A stretch of DNA of 64,000 nt from assembly GCA_964414985.1 (NCBI GenBank), contig CAYPXA010000003.1, forward strand, positions 5,055 through 69,054, read 5' to 3'. The notes beneath the pieces were generated by a model. The model was not told the origin of the DNA, did no database searches, and saw nothing but the letters and a program-made list of their open reading frames with translations. The stretch is from an uncultured Methanosarcinales archaeon. Lineage in GTDB: Archaea > Nanobdellota > Nanobdellia > Woesearchaeales > JAGWAF01. The position numbers and the translations under genes are program-made. Shown here in pieces: positions 19,270-28,675 of this stretch (the first letter of the stretch is position 1; each line of letters begins with the position of its first letter).

Positions 19270-19434
19270 ATGGTCCAGAATGAGGTAAGGGTAACGCTTT
19301 CAGCAGAGATGAAGGAAAGGCTTTTTGCAAGAGCCAAATCGCTCGGCATTAAGCCTACTGAGTACATAAGAAGCCTTATCATCGAGGATTTCAAGCCTGA
19401 TGCTGCAAGGCTTGAGCTTAGGAAAATCAGGTAA
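19270..19434 (+). CDS. Ribbon-helix-helix (CopG/Arc/MetJ-like) DNA-binding protein, 54 aa (not in ORF track)
   Basis: Translation MVQNEVRVTLSAEMKERLFARAKSLGIKPTEYIRSLIIEDFKPDAARLELRKIR. A beta-strand RVTLSAEM is followed by two helices, which is the typical RHH pattern. Confidence 0.55.
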   Translation: MVQNEVRVTLSAEMKERLFARAKSLGIKPTEYIRSLIIEDFKPDAARLELRKIR

Positions 19435-19513
19435 ATAATCAGCTAGGCAAACAATCAGTCGGGTAAATAATCATTCAAAAAGTCTGGCAAAAAATCAGCC
19501 AGAAAAAAATCAG
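19425..19513 (+). promoter_or_regulatory. Array of six (A)AATCAG(C/T) direct repeats spaced 12-25 nt between RHH gene and first pilin gene
   Basis: AATCAG at 19425, 19437, 19453, 19493 and 19508. Variant AATCAT at 19468. Shine-Dalgarno-like AAGAGGTG at 19521 precedes the TTG start at 19534. Confidence 0.45.
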
Positions 19514-19533
19514 TCAAAAAAAGAGGTGCTGTC

Positions 19534-19959
19534 TTGAAAAGATTAATTTGCGCTTCTGCAAAAGCGCAGGTGGCAATGGAATACCTAATCATTATAGGCT
19601 TTGTTGCCATAGTCACAATCCCACTCATTATCATTTTTGAGACAAACTCAAAGGACACTACAGACGAAATATCTTCTGCCCAGGTATACCAGATATCAAA
19701 GAGGATTGCAGACGGAGCAGAGACAGTATACTATCTGGGAGAGCCTTCAAGGCTTACAATAAAAGCATACCTGCCCGACAAAATAAGCCAAATCTCAATA
19801 GGCAGCCACGAAATCTCATTCAAAATGAGGAGAGGCAGCATTGAGGATGACATTGTGGTATACACTCCCATCAATATTTCAGGAAACCTCTCCAAAACCC
19901 AGGGCGTCCATTACATAAGCATTGAGAGCAGGGGGGGATATGTTTGGGTTTCAGGATAA
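19534..19959 (+). CDS. Class-III signal peptide (type IV pilin-like) protein 1
   Basis: N-terminus MKRLICASAKA|QVAMEYLIIIGFVAIVTIPLIIIF. Charged n-region, Q at +1, E at +5, then a roughly 20-aa hydrophobic stretch. Confidence 0.65.
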   Translation: MKRLICASAKAQVAMEYLIIIGFVAIVTIPLIIIFETNSKDTTDEISSAQVYQISKRIADGAETVYYLGEPSRLTIKAYLPDKISQISIGSHEISFKMRRGSIEDDIVVYTPINISGNLSKTQGVHYISIESRGGYVWVSG

Positions 19960-20354
19960 GCAAAACTTTTTTTGGAAAGTCGCAGGTTGCGATGGAATTT
20001 GTAATGCTTGTCATGCTGGCATTCATGATAATGGCTGTTTTTTCAGTCATTGCAAGGGACAGGATGATGGACCTAAGGCAGGAAGAAGAGTATGCATATC
20101 TTCAGGATGTTGTTTCATACGTCAATTCTGAAATACTGATTGCATCAAATGTTGAAGACGGCTATTCAAGGCAGTTTTCAATACCTTCAACACTCAACGG
20201 AGTAATCTACAACATCTCATTTTCGCAGGGATACATAACTGCAGAGTCAGTTCACCATGAGTATGCTGCAAGGACTGCGGAAGTTGAGGGAAGCATTGCA
20301 AAAGGCCAAAACACAATATCAAAGAAAAATGGGACTGTCTATATCAATAGCTGA
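19944..20354 (+). CDS. Class-III signal peptide pilin-like protein 2
   Basis: N-terminus ...TFFGKS|QVAMEFVMLVMLAFMIMAVFSVIA. Overlaps the previous gene by 16 nt. Confidence 0.6.
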   Translation: MGFRISKTFFGKSQVAMEFVMLVMLAFMIMAVFSVIARDRMMDLRQEEEYAYLQDVVSYVNSEILIASNVEDGYSRQFSIPSTLNGVIYNISFSQGYITAESVHHEYAARTAEVEGSIAKGQNTISKKNGTVYINS

Positions 20355-20826
20355 TTCATCAGGCAGAAAGGCTCAGGTGTGGTACATCGACTTTATGGTA
20401 GGCCTGCTTATAATGATAACAGCAGCAGTCATCTACTTTAATTTCTACGGCAATCTTTCAGATGATTCTGAATCAGACTGGCAGGAGCTTATTATAGACT
20501 CAAAATCAATAAGCTCTGCGCTTATGTCATCAGGAAGCCCGCCTGGCTGGAATGCATCAAATGCAAGCTCAATAGGAATTACAGACGGAAACTACAGGAT
20601 AAACACAACCAAGTTTGAATACCTCAAATCAATGGAATATGCAGATGCAAAGGCTGCATTCAAGACCCGGTTTGATTTTCACATTTTCATAAAAGGCGCT
20701 GACAACAGCATAACTGATGAATACGGGATAAACTCAACAAGCCCTAAGCTTCTTGTCCAGACTGCAAGGTTTGCAATCTACAATTCAACAATCCAGAGGG
20801 TGGTGCTGCACTTATGGAAAAATTAG
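20329..20826 (+). CDS. Pilin-like protein 3 (start revised to internal ATG)
   Basis: MGLSISIADSSGRKA|QVWYIDFMVGLLIMITAAVIYF. The track ORF 20257-20826 overlaps the upstream gene by about 100 nt, so the ATG at 20329 is the likelier start. Confidence 0.5.
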   Translation: MGLSISIADSSGRKAQVWYIDFMVGLLIMITAAVIYFNFYGNLSDDSESDWQELIIDSKSISSALMSSGSPPGWNASNASSIGITDGNYRINTTKFEYLKSMEYADAKAAFKTRFDFHIFIKGADNSITDEYGINSTSPKLLVQTARFAIYNSTIQRVVLHLWKN

Positions 20827-23800
20827 GCAGATTTTGCAGCAGGCTTTGCGCTAGGCATGGCAGGAAGGCAATATTCTTCACTCTCGACGCGCTTATAGCC
20901 TCAGGCATACTTCTCATAGGCCTTGTTCTTATTTCCTCAACCCATATAAACAGGCAGCCTACAGTGCACTTAAGCTATCTGTCATCAGACCTGATAGGAA
21001 CGCTTTCGGAGCTGAAGGTTGGCGAGATTGAGAATGATTATGTTGAGCAGCTGATTGCATCAGGCAGCATTGCAAGGCTGAACAACACAATTGCAGAGCA
21101 GATAGGCGAATTCTGGGCTGAAGACAGCATAGGCCTTGCTGAAAACCTTACAATGGAAATAATAGGAGATTCAATCCCCCAGAACTACGGCTATGCTGTC
21201 CTTGTAAACGGCGAATCAATACACTCAAGAAGCACAGGGCTCAACAACTCCCTGATAAGCAGCAGGAAAATAATTTCAGGATATGCAAAGCTTAGGCCTG
21301 TTTTCGGATTCACCTCAAAAGCATTCCTTACAGGAATAAAGAGCAGGAAATCATCATCAATAGCTTATTTTGGGGGATTTGTAGGCGAGGGAAACATAAC
21401 TGCAAAAATTGAGCTTCCCCAGAACATCACCAACATAACAGGAGTAATGCTTGAAGCATTGACAGGAACAGACGCAAAGTTTTACATCAACGGCCAGTAC
21501 TCCGGCTCTTTCCCAAAAGGCTCAGGCAACGGCTCATACATAAAGCCGAGCACCTGGAACATTGAAGAGCAGTACTGGAGCAGCCTCCACGGAGGGATGA
21601 ATAACTTTTCTGTAAGGTTTGAGCAGATAAACGAAAACTTCACTGCAAGCGGCCCAAAATACATTGGCGGAGGATATTTCAAGGTTTCATACATCACTCC
21701 TGACAACAAAGAGCTCGGAGTATCATATGCCGGAGGCACTGCTTCATCAAAATCCTGGCTTCCTGGAATAGACGGGCTTGTAAACCTTTACACCTCAATT
21801 TATGTGCCTGGCAACTTGAGCTCAATGAGTGTTTACCTTGACTTTGAAAGCAACTACACAACATACCTGACTATAGGCGGGACAACAGTGTATGAGGCAA
21901 AGGCAAACGGCTCTACAATTGTCAACATTTCAAATTCGCAGCTTGCCTCAATTTTCTCGAGTGATGGGGTGAGCTACAGCAGCATGAGCATGGAAACAAT
22001 TCCTGTAAGGCTTGGCCTGAAAAACATAACAAAAACAGGAGCTATGCTTGATTCAGTGCTTGTAACAGATGTAAGCGGAAGCATGGACTGGAGAATGGAC
22101 CAGGACAATGTTGACGGCACTGTAAGGCAGTGCAGCAGCAGCGACCTTAATCTAAATAGCACTCAACGGCTTAGCGTTGCAAAATGCGCTGGAAAAGATT
22201 TTGTTGACACAATACTTGGAACAGAAGGACCTCTTGTAGGCCTTGCAAGCTACCAAAGCTCAACATCCAGCACACTCTGGCTGACAAACAGCTCTGAAGA
22301 CCTTTATGATGAGATTGACAGCTATAATGCAGAAGGAGGAACATGCATATGCTGCGGAGTAAACAGCGCAGTCGAGATGCTGAAAAATGACTCCCAGGTA
22401 ATGATTGTTCCAAGAAGGGCATCTTCCTGGAGATATGATGACAATGACTTAAGTTCAGACCCTTCAGGCTGGACAAGCTTAGGGTTTTCAGATTCCTCTT
22501 GGAGTCAGGGAAGGGCTGCGCTCGGCAACGGCTACAGCGGGCTTAATACTGTGATAAGCAAGTATGAAGGATATTATTATTTCAGGAAAAAATTCAATCT
22601 CACAAATGCTTCAGACATCTCTTTTGCAAGGCTTTATGTTTATTCTGACGACGGCGCAAGCATCTACATAAACGGCAACCTTGTTGACAATGATATTCTC
22701 AACACTCACACAGCATCCTACTGGAACAGGCAGGTCAACATAAACACATCAATCCTGAATGACGGAGAAAACATAATTGCAGCCAAAGTCAGGAACAGGA
22801 GAAGCTGCTTTTTCACATGGTGCTGGGATACAAATGTTGCGTTTGACCTTGAGCTTGCAGGAAGCAGCACACAGCTTGCAGAGTCTGCGAAGAAAAAAGC
22901 GATGATAGTAATGACTGACGGAGAGGCAAACCAGGAGTGCGCTTTGCAGGGAACTACTGGAGACCTTAACAATGACGGGTATTCAGACACTGCAAAGGAT
23001 GATGCAATAAAAGCTGCATGCGATGCCTATAATGAATATGGGATTACAGTCTACACTGTTGGATTTGGGATAGGCGCAGATGATGACACTTTGGAATATA
23101 TGGCAAACTGCACTGACGGAGCGTACTTCAGCTCTTCAAATTATGAGGAGCTTAAAGAAACATACTTGATTATAGCAAATGAGCTGATTACATATTCTGA
23201 AACCCAGCGGTTCAACCAGACAATAACAGCAGAAACATCATTAAGCCCTGAATCATTCATAGAATTCAGCTACACTCCTGAAATTCCTCAGATGTCATAC
23301 GGAGAAGTTACTGTGACTGCATCAGGCGAGATTTTTGGAAACACAATCAGCAAAGGCTCAATATTCATTCCTGAAGGCGCAGTGCTTTCAGAGCTTTCTG
23401 CAACATCATATTCTGCAGACAAGTGGACAGACACAGTATTTGTCGAGAACAGCGCAGGAAAATCTGGAGTTTTCAACCTTAGCGATTTCGGAAGCTTTTA
23501 CCGGGACCTTGGCGATGCCTTCAAAGTAAGCATTCCAACATCAATTATAATTCCTGAAGAGCAGAACAACATAACTGTGCGCACAGGAATAAGCCCTGCA
23601 AACACAACAGGAGGCTCTGAATACAACAGGCTCATCTACACCTTAAGGATAGGCGGACTGCTTGATTACGGCGGAGTTTTTTCATATTCAGAAGGATGCA
23701 CATGGAGCCTTGAATTCGAGGACGGAACTTCAGGAGAGGTTAATGTGCCTTTAGATTATTCAGGAAACCAGACATGCTATTACTCAAATGCAACCTACGG

Positions 23801-23975
23801 AGAAGATGATGCTCTTGACGATGCAGCCTACAGGCTTTACAGCAGGCTTGACCTTGACTCAAACGGAAAGCTGGACATAAAGCTTGATGAAAACAACCTT
23901 GAGGCAGACACAATCTCAATTTCAGACGTCCCTTCGCTTTGGGGGCCTGCAGTTGTAGAGGTGAGAATATGGTGA
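20814..23975 (+). CDS. Large (1053 aa) putative pilus-tip adhesin: pilin-like N-terminal TM segment plus vWA domain and PA14-like lectin domain
   Basis: N-terminus GRKAIFFTLDALIASGILLIGLVLI. vWA MIDAS VLVTDVSGSMDW...MTDGEANQ...YTVGFG. PA14-like YYYFRKKFNLTNASDISFARLYVYSDDGASIYINGNLVDNDI. Confidence 0.6.
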   Translation: MEKLGRFCSRLCARHGRKAIFFTLDALIASGILLIGLVLISSTHINRQPTVHLSYLSSDLIGTLSELKVGEIENDYVEQLIASGSIARLNNTIAEQIGEFWAEDSIGLAENLTMEIIGDSIPQNYGYAVLVNGESIHSRSTGLNNSLISSRKIISGYAKLRPVFGFTSKAFLTGIKSRKSSSIAYFGGFVGEGNITAKIELPQNITNITGVMLEALTGTDAKFYINGQYSGSFPKGSGNGSYIKPSTWNIEEQYWSSLHGGMNNFSVRFEQINENFTASGPKYIGGGYFKVSYITPDNKELGVSYAGGTASSKSWLPGIDGLVNLYTSIYVPGNLSSMSVYLDFESNYTTYLTIGGTTVYEAKANGSTIVNISNSQLASIFSSDGVSYSSMSMETIPVRLGLKNITKTGAMLDSVLVTDVSGSMDWRMDQDNVDGTVRQCSSSDLNLNSTQRLSVAKCAGKDFVDTILGTEGPLVGLASYQSSTSSTLWLTNSSEDLYDEIDSYNAEGGTCICCGVNSAVEMLKNDSQVMIVPRRASSWRYDDNDLSSDPSGWTSLGFSDSSWSQGRAALGNGYSGLNTVISKYEGYYYFRKKFNLTNASDISFARLYVYSDDGASIYINGNLVDNDILNTHTASYWNRQVNINTSILNDGENIIAAKVRNRRSCFFTWCWDTNVAFDLELAGSSTQLAESAKKKAMIVMTDGEANQECALQGTTGDLNNDGYSDTAKDDAIKAACDAYNEYGITVYTVGFGIGADDDTLEYMANCTDGAYFSSSNYEELKETYLIIANELITYSETQRFNQTITAETSLSPESFIEFSYTPEIPQMSYGEVTVTASGEIFGNTISKGSIFIPEGAVLSELSATSYSADKWTDTVFVENSAGKSGVFNLSDFGSFYRDLGDAFKVSIPTSIIIPEEQNNITVRTGISPANTTGGSEYNRLIYTLRIGGLLDYGGVFSYSEGCTWSLEFEDGTSGEVNVPLDYSGNQTCYYSNATYGEDDALDDAAYRLYSRLDLDSNGKLDIKLDENNLEADTISISDVPSLWGPAVVEVRIW

Positions 23976-24940
23976 TTTCCAGGATGAGGTCAAGCAAAAA
24001 GGCGATATTCTTTACATTCATTGCAATAATGCTGATTGCAACAGCGCTTTTCTCATTTACAGTCCATTCAAGGTACAGCTTGAAGTCCAAGGCGCTTGTC
24101 ATAGAAACAAGGGTAAGCACAATGAACAGCTTCATGGCAGACATAGACAAGGACATAGAAAGAGGGCTTTTCATCTCATCGCACAGGTCTGTTTTATCTC
24201 TAATTGACTGGGTTTCGTCAGAAGGAAAATTCCTGAATGACACAGAATCCGGATTTGCAGAGCTGCTTCTGAACGGAACTCTTTACGGAGAGCAGCAGTC
24301 TTTGATGGAATCAACCACATTTCCAGACTGGGCTTCAAAGATGCAGCAGCAGGGAAGCAGGATAAACCTTCAGATAAGCATGGCTGTCCAAAATGTGTCT
24401 ATTGCACATTCAGATCCCTGGACTTTGAATGTACTCCTTGAAACTTTGGTTTATGTGAAAGATTCAACAGGCCTTGCAGAATGGAACACAACAAAATCAA
24501 TTTCTGCATTAGTCTCAATACTGGGCATGGAAGACCCGATTTATGCGCTTAAGACAGGCGGAAAAGCTGCAAACAAATTCAATATTACCCCATTTGAGCA
24601 TTTTGTTGAAGGAAATGACACTTCAAACCTTCAGAGCCATGCAGAGCACTCTTATTACATCAGCTGGAGCATGGCTCCCAGCTTCCTTATGAGGCTTGAA
24701 GGCAATTTCAGCACTTCAGAATATGGAATAGAAAGCCTTGTCAACCTGCAGGAGCTGATTGACCAGGGAATCCAGGTGCAGCAGCGCAGCATTGTTGACC
24801 ACATATACTGGTCAAACAGGACAATTTCATCATCTTTGATTTCAGGAATGCCTTCCTGGTTCAGGCTTGACAATGAGAACAATCCGGAAGAAGGCATGAC
24901 CAGGCTTGAGCGCTATGAAGCAGAGGACCTTGCATCATGA
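23969..24940 (+). CDS. Pilin-like / pseudopilin protein sharing KKAIFFT N-terminal motif with the adhesin
   Basis: ATG overlaps the adhesin stop (ATGGTGA). N-terminus MVISRMRSSKKAIFFTFIAIMLIATALFSF. Confidence 0.5.
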   Translation: MVISRMRSSKKAIFFTFIAIMLIATALFSFTVHSRYSLKSKALVIETRVSTMNSFMADIDKDIERGLFISSHRSVLSLIDWVSSEGKFLNDTESGFAELLLNGTLYGEQQSLMESTTFPDWASKMQQQGSRINLQISMAVQNVSIAHSDPWTLNVLLETLVYVKDSTGLAEWNTTKSISALVSILGMEDPIYALKTGGKAANKFNITPFEHFVEGNDTSNLQSHAEHSYYISWSMAPSFLMRLEGNFSTSEYGIESLVNLQELIDQGIQVQQRSIVDHIYWSNRTISSSLISGMPSWFRLDNENNPEEGMTRLERYEAEDLAS

Positions 24941-25009
24941 GCAGCATGCCAACGCAAAGATTTTTAAAGTATTGGGAGAATATAAATGCAAAAGAGGTGA
25001 ATGGCATAG

Positions 25010-26164
25010 ATGGGAGATTGCTCGCTGATTGAGACAGGAGTAGACAAGCTTGTAACCCTTATTAGGAAGAACAAAAAGCTTTCTGTTGCAGAGGCTGCTA
25101 AGCAGCTTGGAGTTTCAACAGTTGTTGTTGAAGAGTGGGCTGACTTTCTTGAGGAAGAGGGGATAATAAGCATAGAATACAAGTTTACAACCCCCTATCT
25201 TGTTGAACGGCTTCTTACAAAGGATGAGCTTGTTAAAAAGGAGAAGGAATTCGGCGGCAAGAAGGAGGCTTTTGTAAGAAAGGCAGAGGTTGCGCTTGCG
25301 CTTCTTGACAGGGAAAGCGAGACATTCCAGAAAATACGCGAGCAGTTTGACGGGCTTAAGAAAGACTTAGGCACTGAAATCAAGAAGGTAAAGGGAGACT
25401 TAAAAGACCTTGAGAAATATGAGGAGCTGAAGAACAGGCTTGACCAGCAGATTCAGAGCCAGCAGAAGGAGTTCAAGGAAAGCATATCACAGGTTGAATC
25501 TCAGATTTCAAGGGAGCAGAAAAAGTATTCTGAAATACTCAAGGATATTGACCTTGAGGAAAAGCAGCTTGACAAGGAGAAGCTTGAGGCGCTTTCAATA
25601 AGGGAGCGCGAAAACCTCCTTATGCAGAAGCTTGCAGAATTCAGGAAAGGAATCGAGAAAATTGAGAAGAGCATAGAGTCTGAAGACAAGGTTGTATCCA
25701 GCTCTGAAGAGCACATCTCAAGGCTTAAGGAGCTTGCAGATTCTGTCAAGCAGAGCGTAGAGGAAAGAAGAAGCGAGCTTGAAAAGCTGTTTGAGCAGAA
25801 GAAAGAGCAGGAGAAGAACATTGCAAGGATGCAGGAAGAGATACTTGCAAAGGCAAAGGAGAAGAAGAGCGAGATAGATGCAAGAGTCCAGGATGGCCAG
25901 GGAGCATCTCACCAGTTTTCAGTATTCTTTGACAAAAAGGCAAGGGTCGAGGCAATGCTCAAAAAGCTTAACGACGAAAGGAACGACCTTGAGAAGGAGC
26001 TTATTCACCTTATACAGAAGGCAAAGGCGTTCAGCATAGCATCAAAGTCAGCTGCAGTTGGAAAGCACATGTCAGAGCTGAAGAAGACATTTGATTCAAT
26101 AGACAAGAAAAAAGGCCTGTTTGAGACAGAGCTGAAAAAGCTTGCAAGCTTCCTGAAAAGCTGA
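25010..26164 (+). CDS. Winged-helix (N-terminal) plus long coiled-coil protein embedded in pilus locus
   Basis: N-terminus LSVAEAAKQLGVSTVVVEEWADFLEEEGIISIE is HTH-like. The remaining roughly 300 aa show heptad-rich K/E/L coiled coil. Confidence 0.5.
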   Translation: MGDCSLIETGVDKLVTLIRKNKKLSVAEAAKQLGVSTVVVEEWADFLEEEGIISIEYKFTTPYLVERLLTKDELVKKEKEFGGKKEAFVRKAEVALALLDRESETFQKIREQFDGLKKDLGTEIKKVKGDLKDLEKYEELKNRLDQQIQSQQKEFKESISQVESQISREQKKYSEILKDIDLEEKQLDKEKLEALSIRERENLLMQKLAEFRKGIEKIEKSIESEDKVVSSSEEHISRLKELADSVKQSVEERRSELEKLFEQKKEQEKNIARMQEEILAKAKEKKSEIDARVQDGQGASHQFSVFFDKKARVEAMLKKLNDERNDLEKELIHLIQKAKAFSIASKSAAVGKHMSELKKTFDSIDKKKGLFETELKKLASFLKS

Positions 26165-26196
26165 TGCTTGATTAATATCTAAACTAATATTCCAAA

Positions 26197-27810
26197 ATGG
26201 CAAAAAAAAGAGGCGTTAAAAAGGTGCATGGCAGAGCCAGGCATCACCTGCAAAAGCGCAGCAGGCCCAAGGCTTCAAGGCATCCTGCGCGAAAGAGTGC
26301 AGCTGCAGGAAAGCAGTCTGAACACCAGCACTTTGGCAACGCAAAAGTCATAGACTCATACAAATTTACATCCCTAAACATGCCTATTTCTGTAAGGATT
26401 TTTATGGAGCAGGATGACTTTGTCCCAAGATACGAGCTCTCAATCAGCACAATAAGCAGAAACACTGAAATAATTCTTGAAAGGATAAGAAAGGAGCTTG
26501 TCCACAAAGTCAGCCTTGGAATGGTAGACATAACGCAGGCAAAGCGTTCAGGAATAATAGAAGACAAGTTCAGCGAGACAATAAAGGACCTTGTCCAGAA
26601 ATACTTTCCAGACATAGACGAGCAGACTTCAAACTTTCTTTCATCATACCTTATCCAGAAGTCATTAGGACTAGGCCAGATTGAAATACTTATGGACGAT
26701 GAGGCTCTTGAGGAGATTGCAGTAAACTCTGCAGAGGAGCCTGTATGGGTCTACCACAGAAAGCACGGCTGGCTCAAGACAAATATCAGAGTTGAAAGCG
26801 AGGAAAAGATAAGGCACTATGCATCAATGATAGGCAGGAAAGTCGGAAGGCAGATTACAATACTTAATCCTCTTATGGACGCAAACCTTGACACAGGCGA
26901 CAGGGTAAACGCCACTCTTATGCCAATTTCAAATGTCGGAAACACAATAACACTTCGAAAGTTTGCGACAAAGCCATGGACAATAACTTCATTCATAAAA
27001 GCAGGAGCGATATCAGCTGCTGCTGCAGCGCTCATATGGCAGGCAGTGCATTACGAGATGTCTGCGCTGATTGCAGGAGGAACTGCTTCAGGAAAGACAT
27101 CCATGCTCAACGTTGTTGCGAACTTCTTTCCCCCAAACCAGAGGATAATCTCAATTGAAGACACAAGGGAAATAAAGCTTCCTGCGTTTCTGCACTGGCT
27201 TCCGATGGTCACAAGGCTTGCAAATCCTGAAGGAAAGGGAGAGATAAGCATGCTTGACCTGCTTGTAAACTCCTTGAGGCAGAGGCCTGACAGGATTATA
27301 GTCGGAGAAATAAGGAAGAAAAGGGAAGCTGAAGTCCTTTTTGAGGCAATCCACACAGGCCATTCAGTCTATGCAACAGTCCACGCAAACGATGTCAAGG
27401 AGACAATAACAAGGCTTACAAACCCTCCAATTGAAATTCCAAAGTCAATGCTTCCTGCAGTATCGCTTATAATTGTGCAGTACAGGAACAGGAGGACAGG
27501 CAACAGGAGGACATTCCAGATTGCTGAAATACTGCCTGACTCATCTGCAAACATACTTATGCAGCACAACACAAAGACTGACAAACTCGAAACAGTAAGC
27601 AAGAGCAAGGTGCTTACAAAAGAGCTTGAGCTTTACACAGGCACATCAGCAGCTGCATTTGCAAAGGAAGTTGCTGAAAAAGAGGCAGTCCTGAAATGGC
27701 TTGTGAAGCAGGACATAGACGGAGTTGACAATGTAGGCAGGGTAATTGCAGAGTACTACACAAACAAGGAGAACCTAATGAAGTATGTGCGCCACAACAG
27801 AAAAATGTAG
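26197..27810 (+). CDS. Type II/IV secretion-system ATPase (VirB11/FlaI/TadA-like) with basic N-terminal extension
   Basis: Walker A GGTASGKTS. Walker B and Asp-box RIIVGEIR. His-box AIHTGHSVYATVHAN. The first roughly 60 aa are K/R/H-rich (MAKKRGVKKVHGRARHHLQKRSRPKASRHP). Confidence 0.8.
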   Translation: MAKKRGVKKVHGRARHHLQKRSRPKASRHPARKSAAAGKQSEHQHFGNAKVIDSYKFTSLNMPISVRIFMEQDDFVPRYELSISTISRNTEIILERIRKELVHKVSLGMVDITQAKRSGIIEDKFSETIKDLVQKYFPDIDEQTSNFLSSYLIQKSLGLGQIEILMDDEALEEIAVNSAEEPVWVYHRKHGWLKTNIRVESEEKIRHYASMIGRKVGRQITILNPLMDANLDTGDRVNATLMPISNVGNTITLRKFATKPWTITSFIKAGAISAAAAALIWQAVHYEMSALIAGGTASGKTSMLNVVANFFPPNQRIISIEDTREIKLPAFLHWLPMVTRLANPEGKGEISMLDLLVNSLRQRPDRIIVGEIRKKREAEVLFEAIHTGHSVYATVHANDVKETITRLTNPPIEIPKSMLPAVSLIIVQYRNRRTGNRRTFQIAEILPDSSANILMQHNTKTDKLETVSKSKVLTKELELYTGTSAAAFAKEVAEKEAVLKWLVKQDIDGVDNVGRVIAEYYTNKENLMKYVRHNRKM

Positions 27811-27930
27811 CGCATTCCTTAATTTATAATAATTAATAATCAGGAAAGGGTGGTTTGAATCAGGTCAAATATATTTGAGAGGATTGCAAAGTCATTCCCA
27901 GCCCTCGGGCTGAAGCTAAGGCAGTCTGGA

Positions 27931-28674
27931 ATGAAATACACGCCTGTTGAATTTGTAAGGCGCGCAGCATTCACCTCATTCTACATGACCACAATGATAA
28001 TCTTCCTTCTTGGAGCGCTTTTCATGAAGCTTGATATACTTTTGAGGGTGCTCTATTTTGTATTCCCCCTGCTTTTTGTAGGGATGTTTTTTTACTTTAT
28101 GAAGCTGCCAGAGGCAAAGATTATCAGGCGCGAAAAGGACATTGACAAGGAGATAGTGTTTGCAGGAAGGTTCCTTGTTGTCGAGCTTGAAAGCGGAGTG
28201 CCATTGTACAACGCGCTTGTCAATGTCTCTAAAAGCTACCCTACAATAGGAAAGGCAATAAACGAGATAATTGAGGATGTAGACCTTGGAGCAACAATCG
28301 AAGAGGCGATTGAGGAGGCAATTGAGCTCACGCCCTCGCAGGATTTCAGGAAGCTGCTCTGGCAGATAATGAATTCACTCAAGACAGGCGCAGATGTTTC
28401 ATCATCCCTCGGAGCAGTTGTTGACCAGATTACAAGGGAGCAGATAATTGCTGTAAAGGAATACGGCAGGAAGCTAAACCCCCTTGCAATGTTCTACATG
28501 ATGATTGCAGTAATAGTGCCATCATTGGGAGTTACAATGCTGATAGTGCTTTCAAGCTTTCTTTCATTTGAGATGGGGCTTTCATCACTTATGGTGCTTG
28601 TGCTTGCCATAGCCTTAATCCAGTTCATGTTCATAGCAATAATCCGGTCGTCAAGGCCTTCAGTTGAAATCTAA
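27931..28674 (+). CDS. TadB/FlaJ-like membrane protein (single T2SSF domain)
   Basis: N-terminal TM helices, a cytoplasmic T2SSF-like domain (LYNALVNVSKSYPTIGKAINEII...) and C-terminal TM helices. Confidence 0.65.
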   Translation: MKYTPVEFVRRAAFTSFYMTTMIIFLLGALFMKLDILLRVLYFVFPLLFVGMFFYFMKLPEAKIIRREKDIDKEIVFAGRFLVVELESGVPLYNALVNVSKSYPTIGKAINEIIEDVDLGATIEEAIEEAIELTPSQDFRKLLWQIMNSLKTGADVSSSLGAVVDQITREQIIAVKEYGRKLNPLAMFYMMIAVIVPSLGVTMLIVLSSFLSFEMGLSSLMVLVLAIALIQFMFIAIIRSSRPSVEI

Positions 28675-28675
28675 A

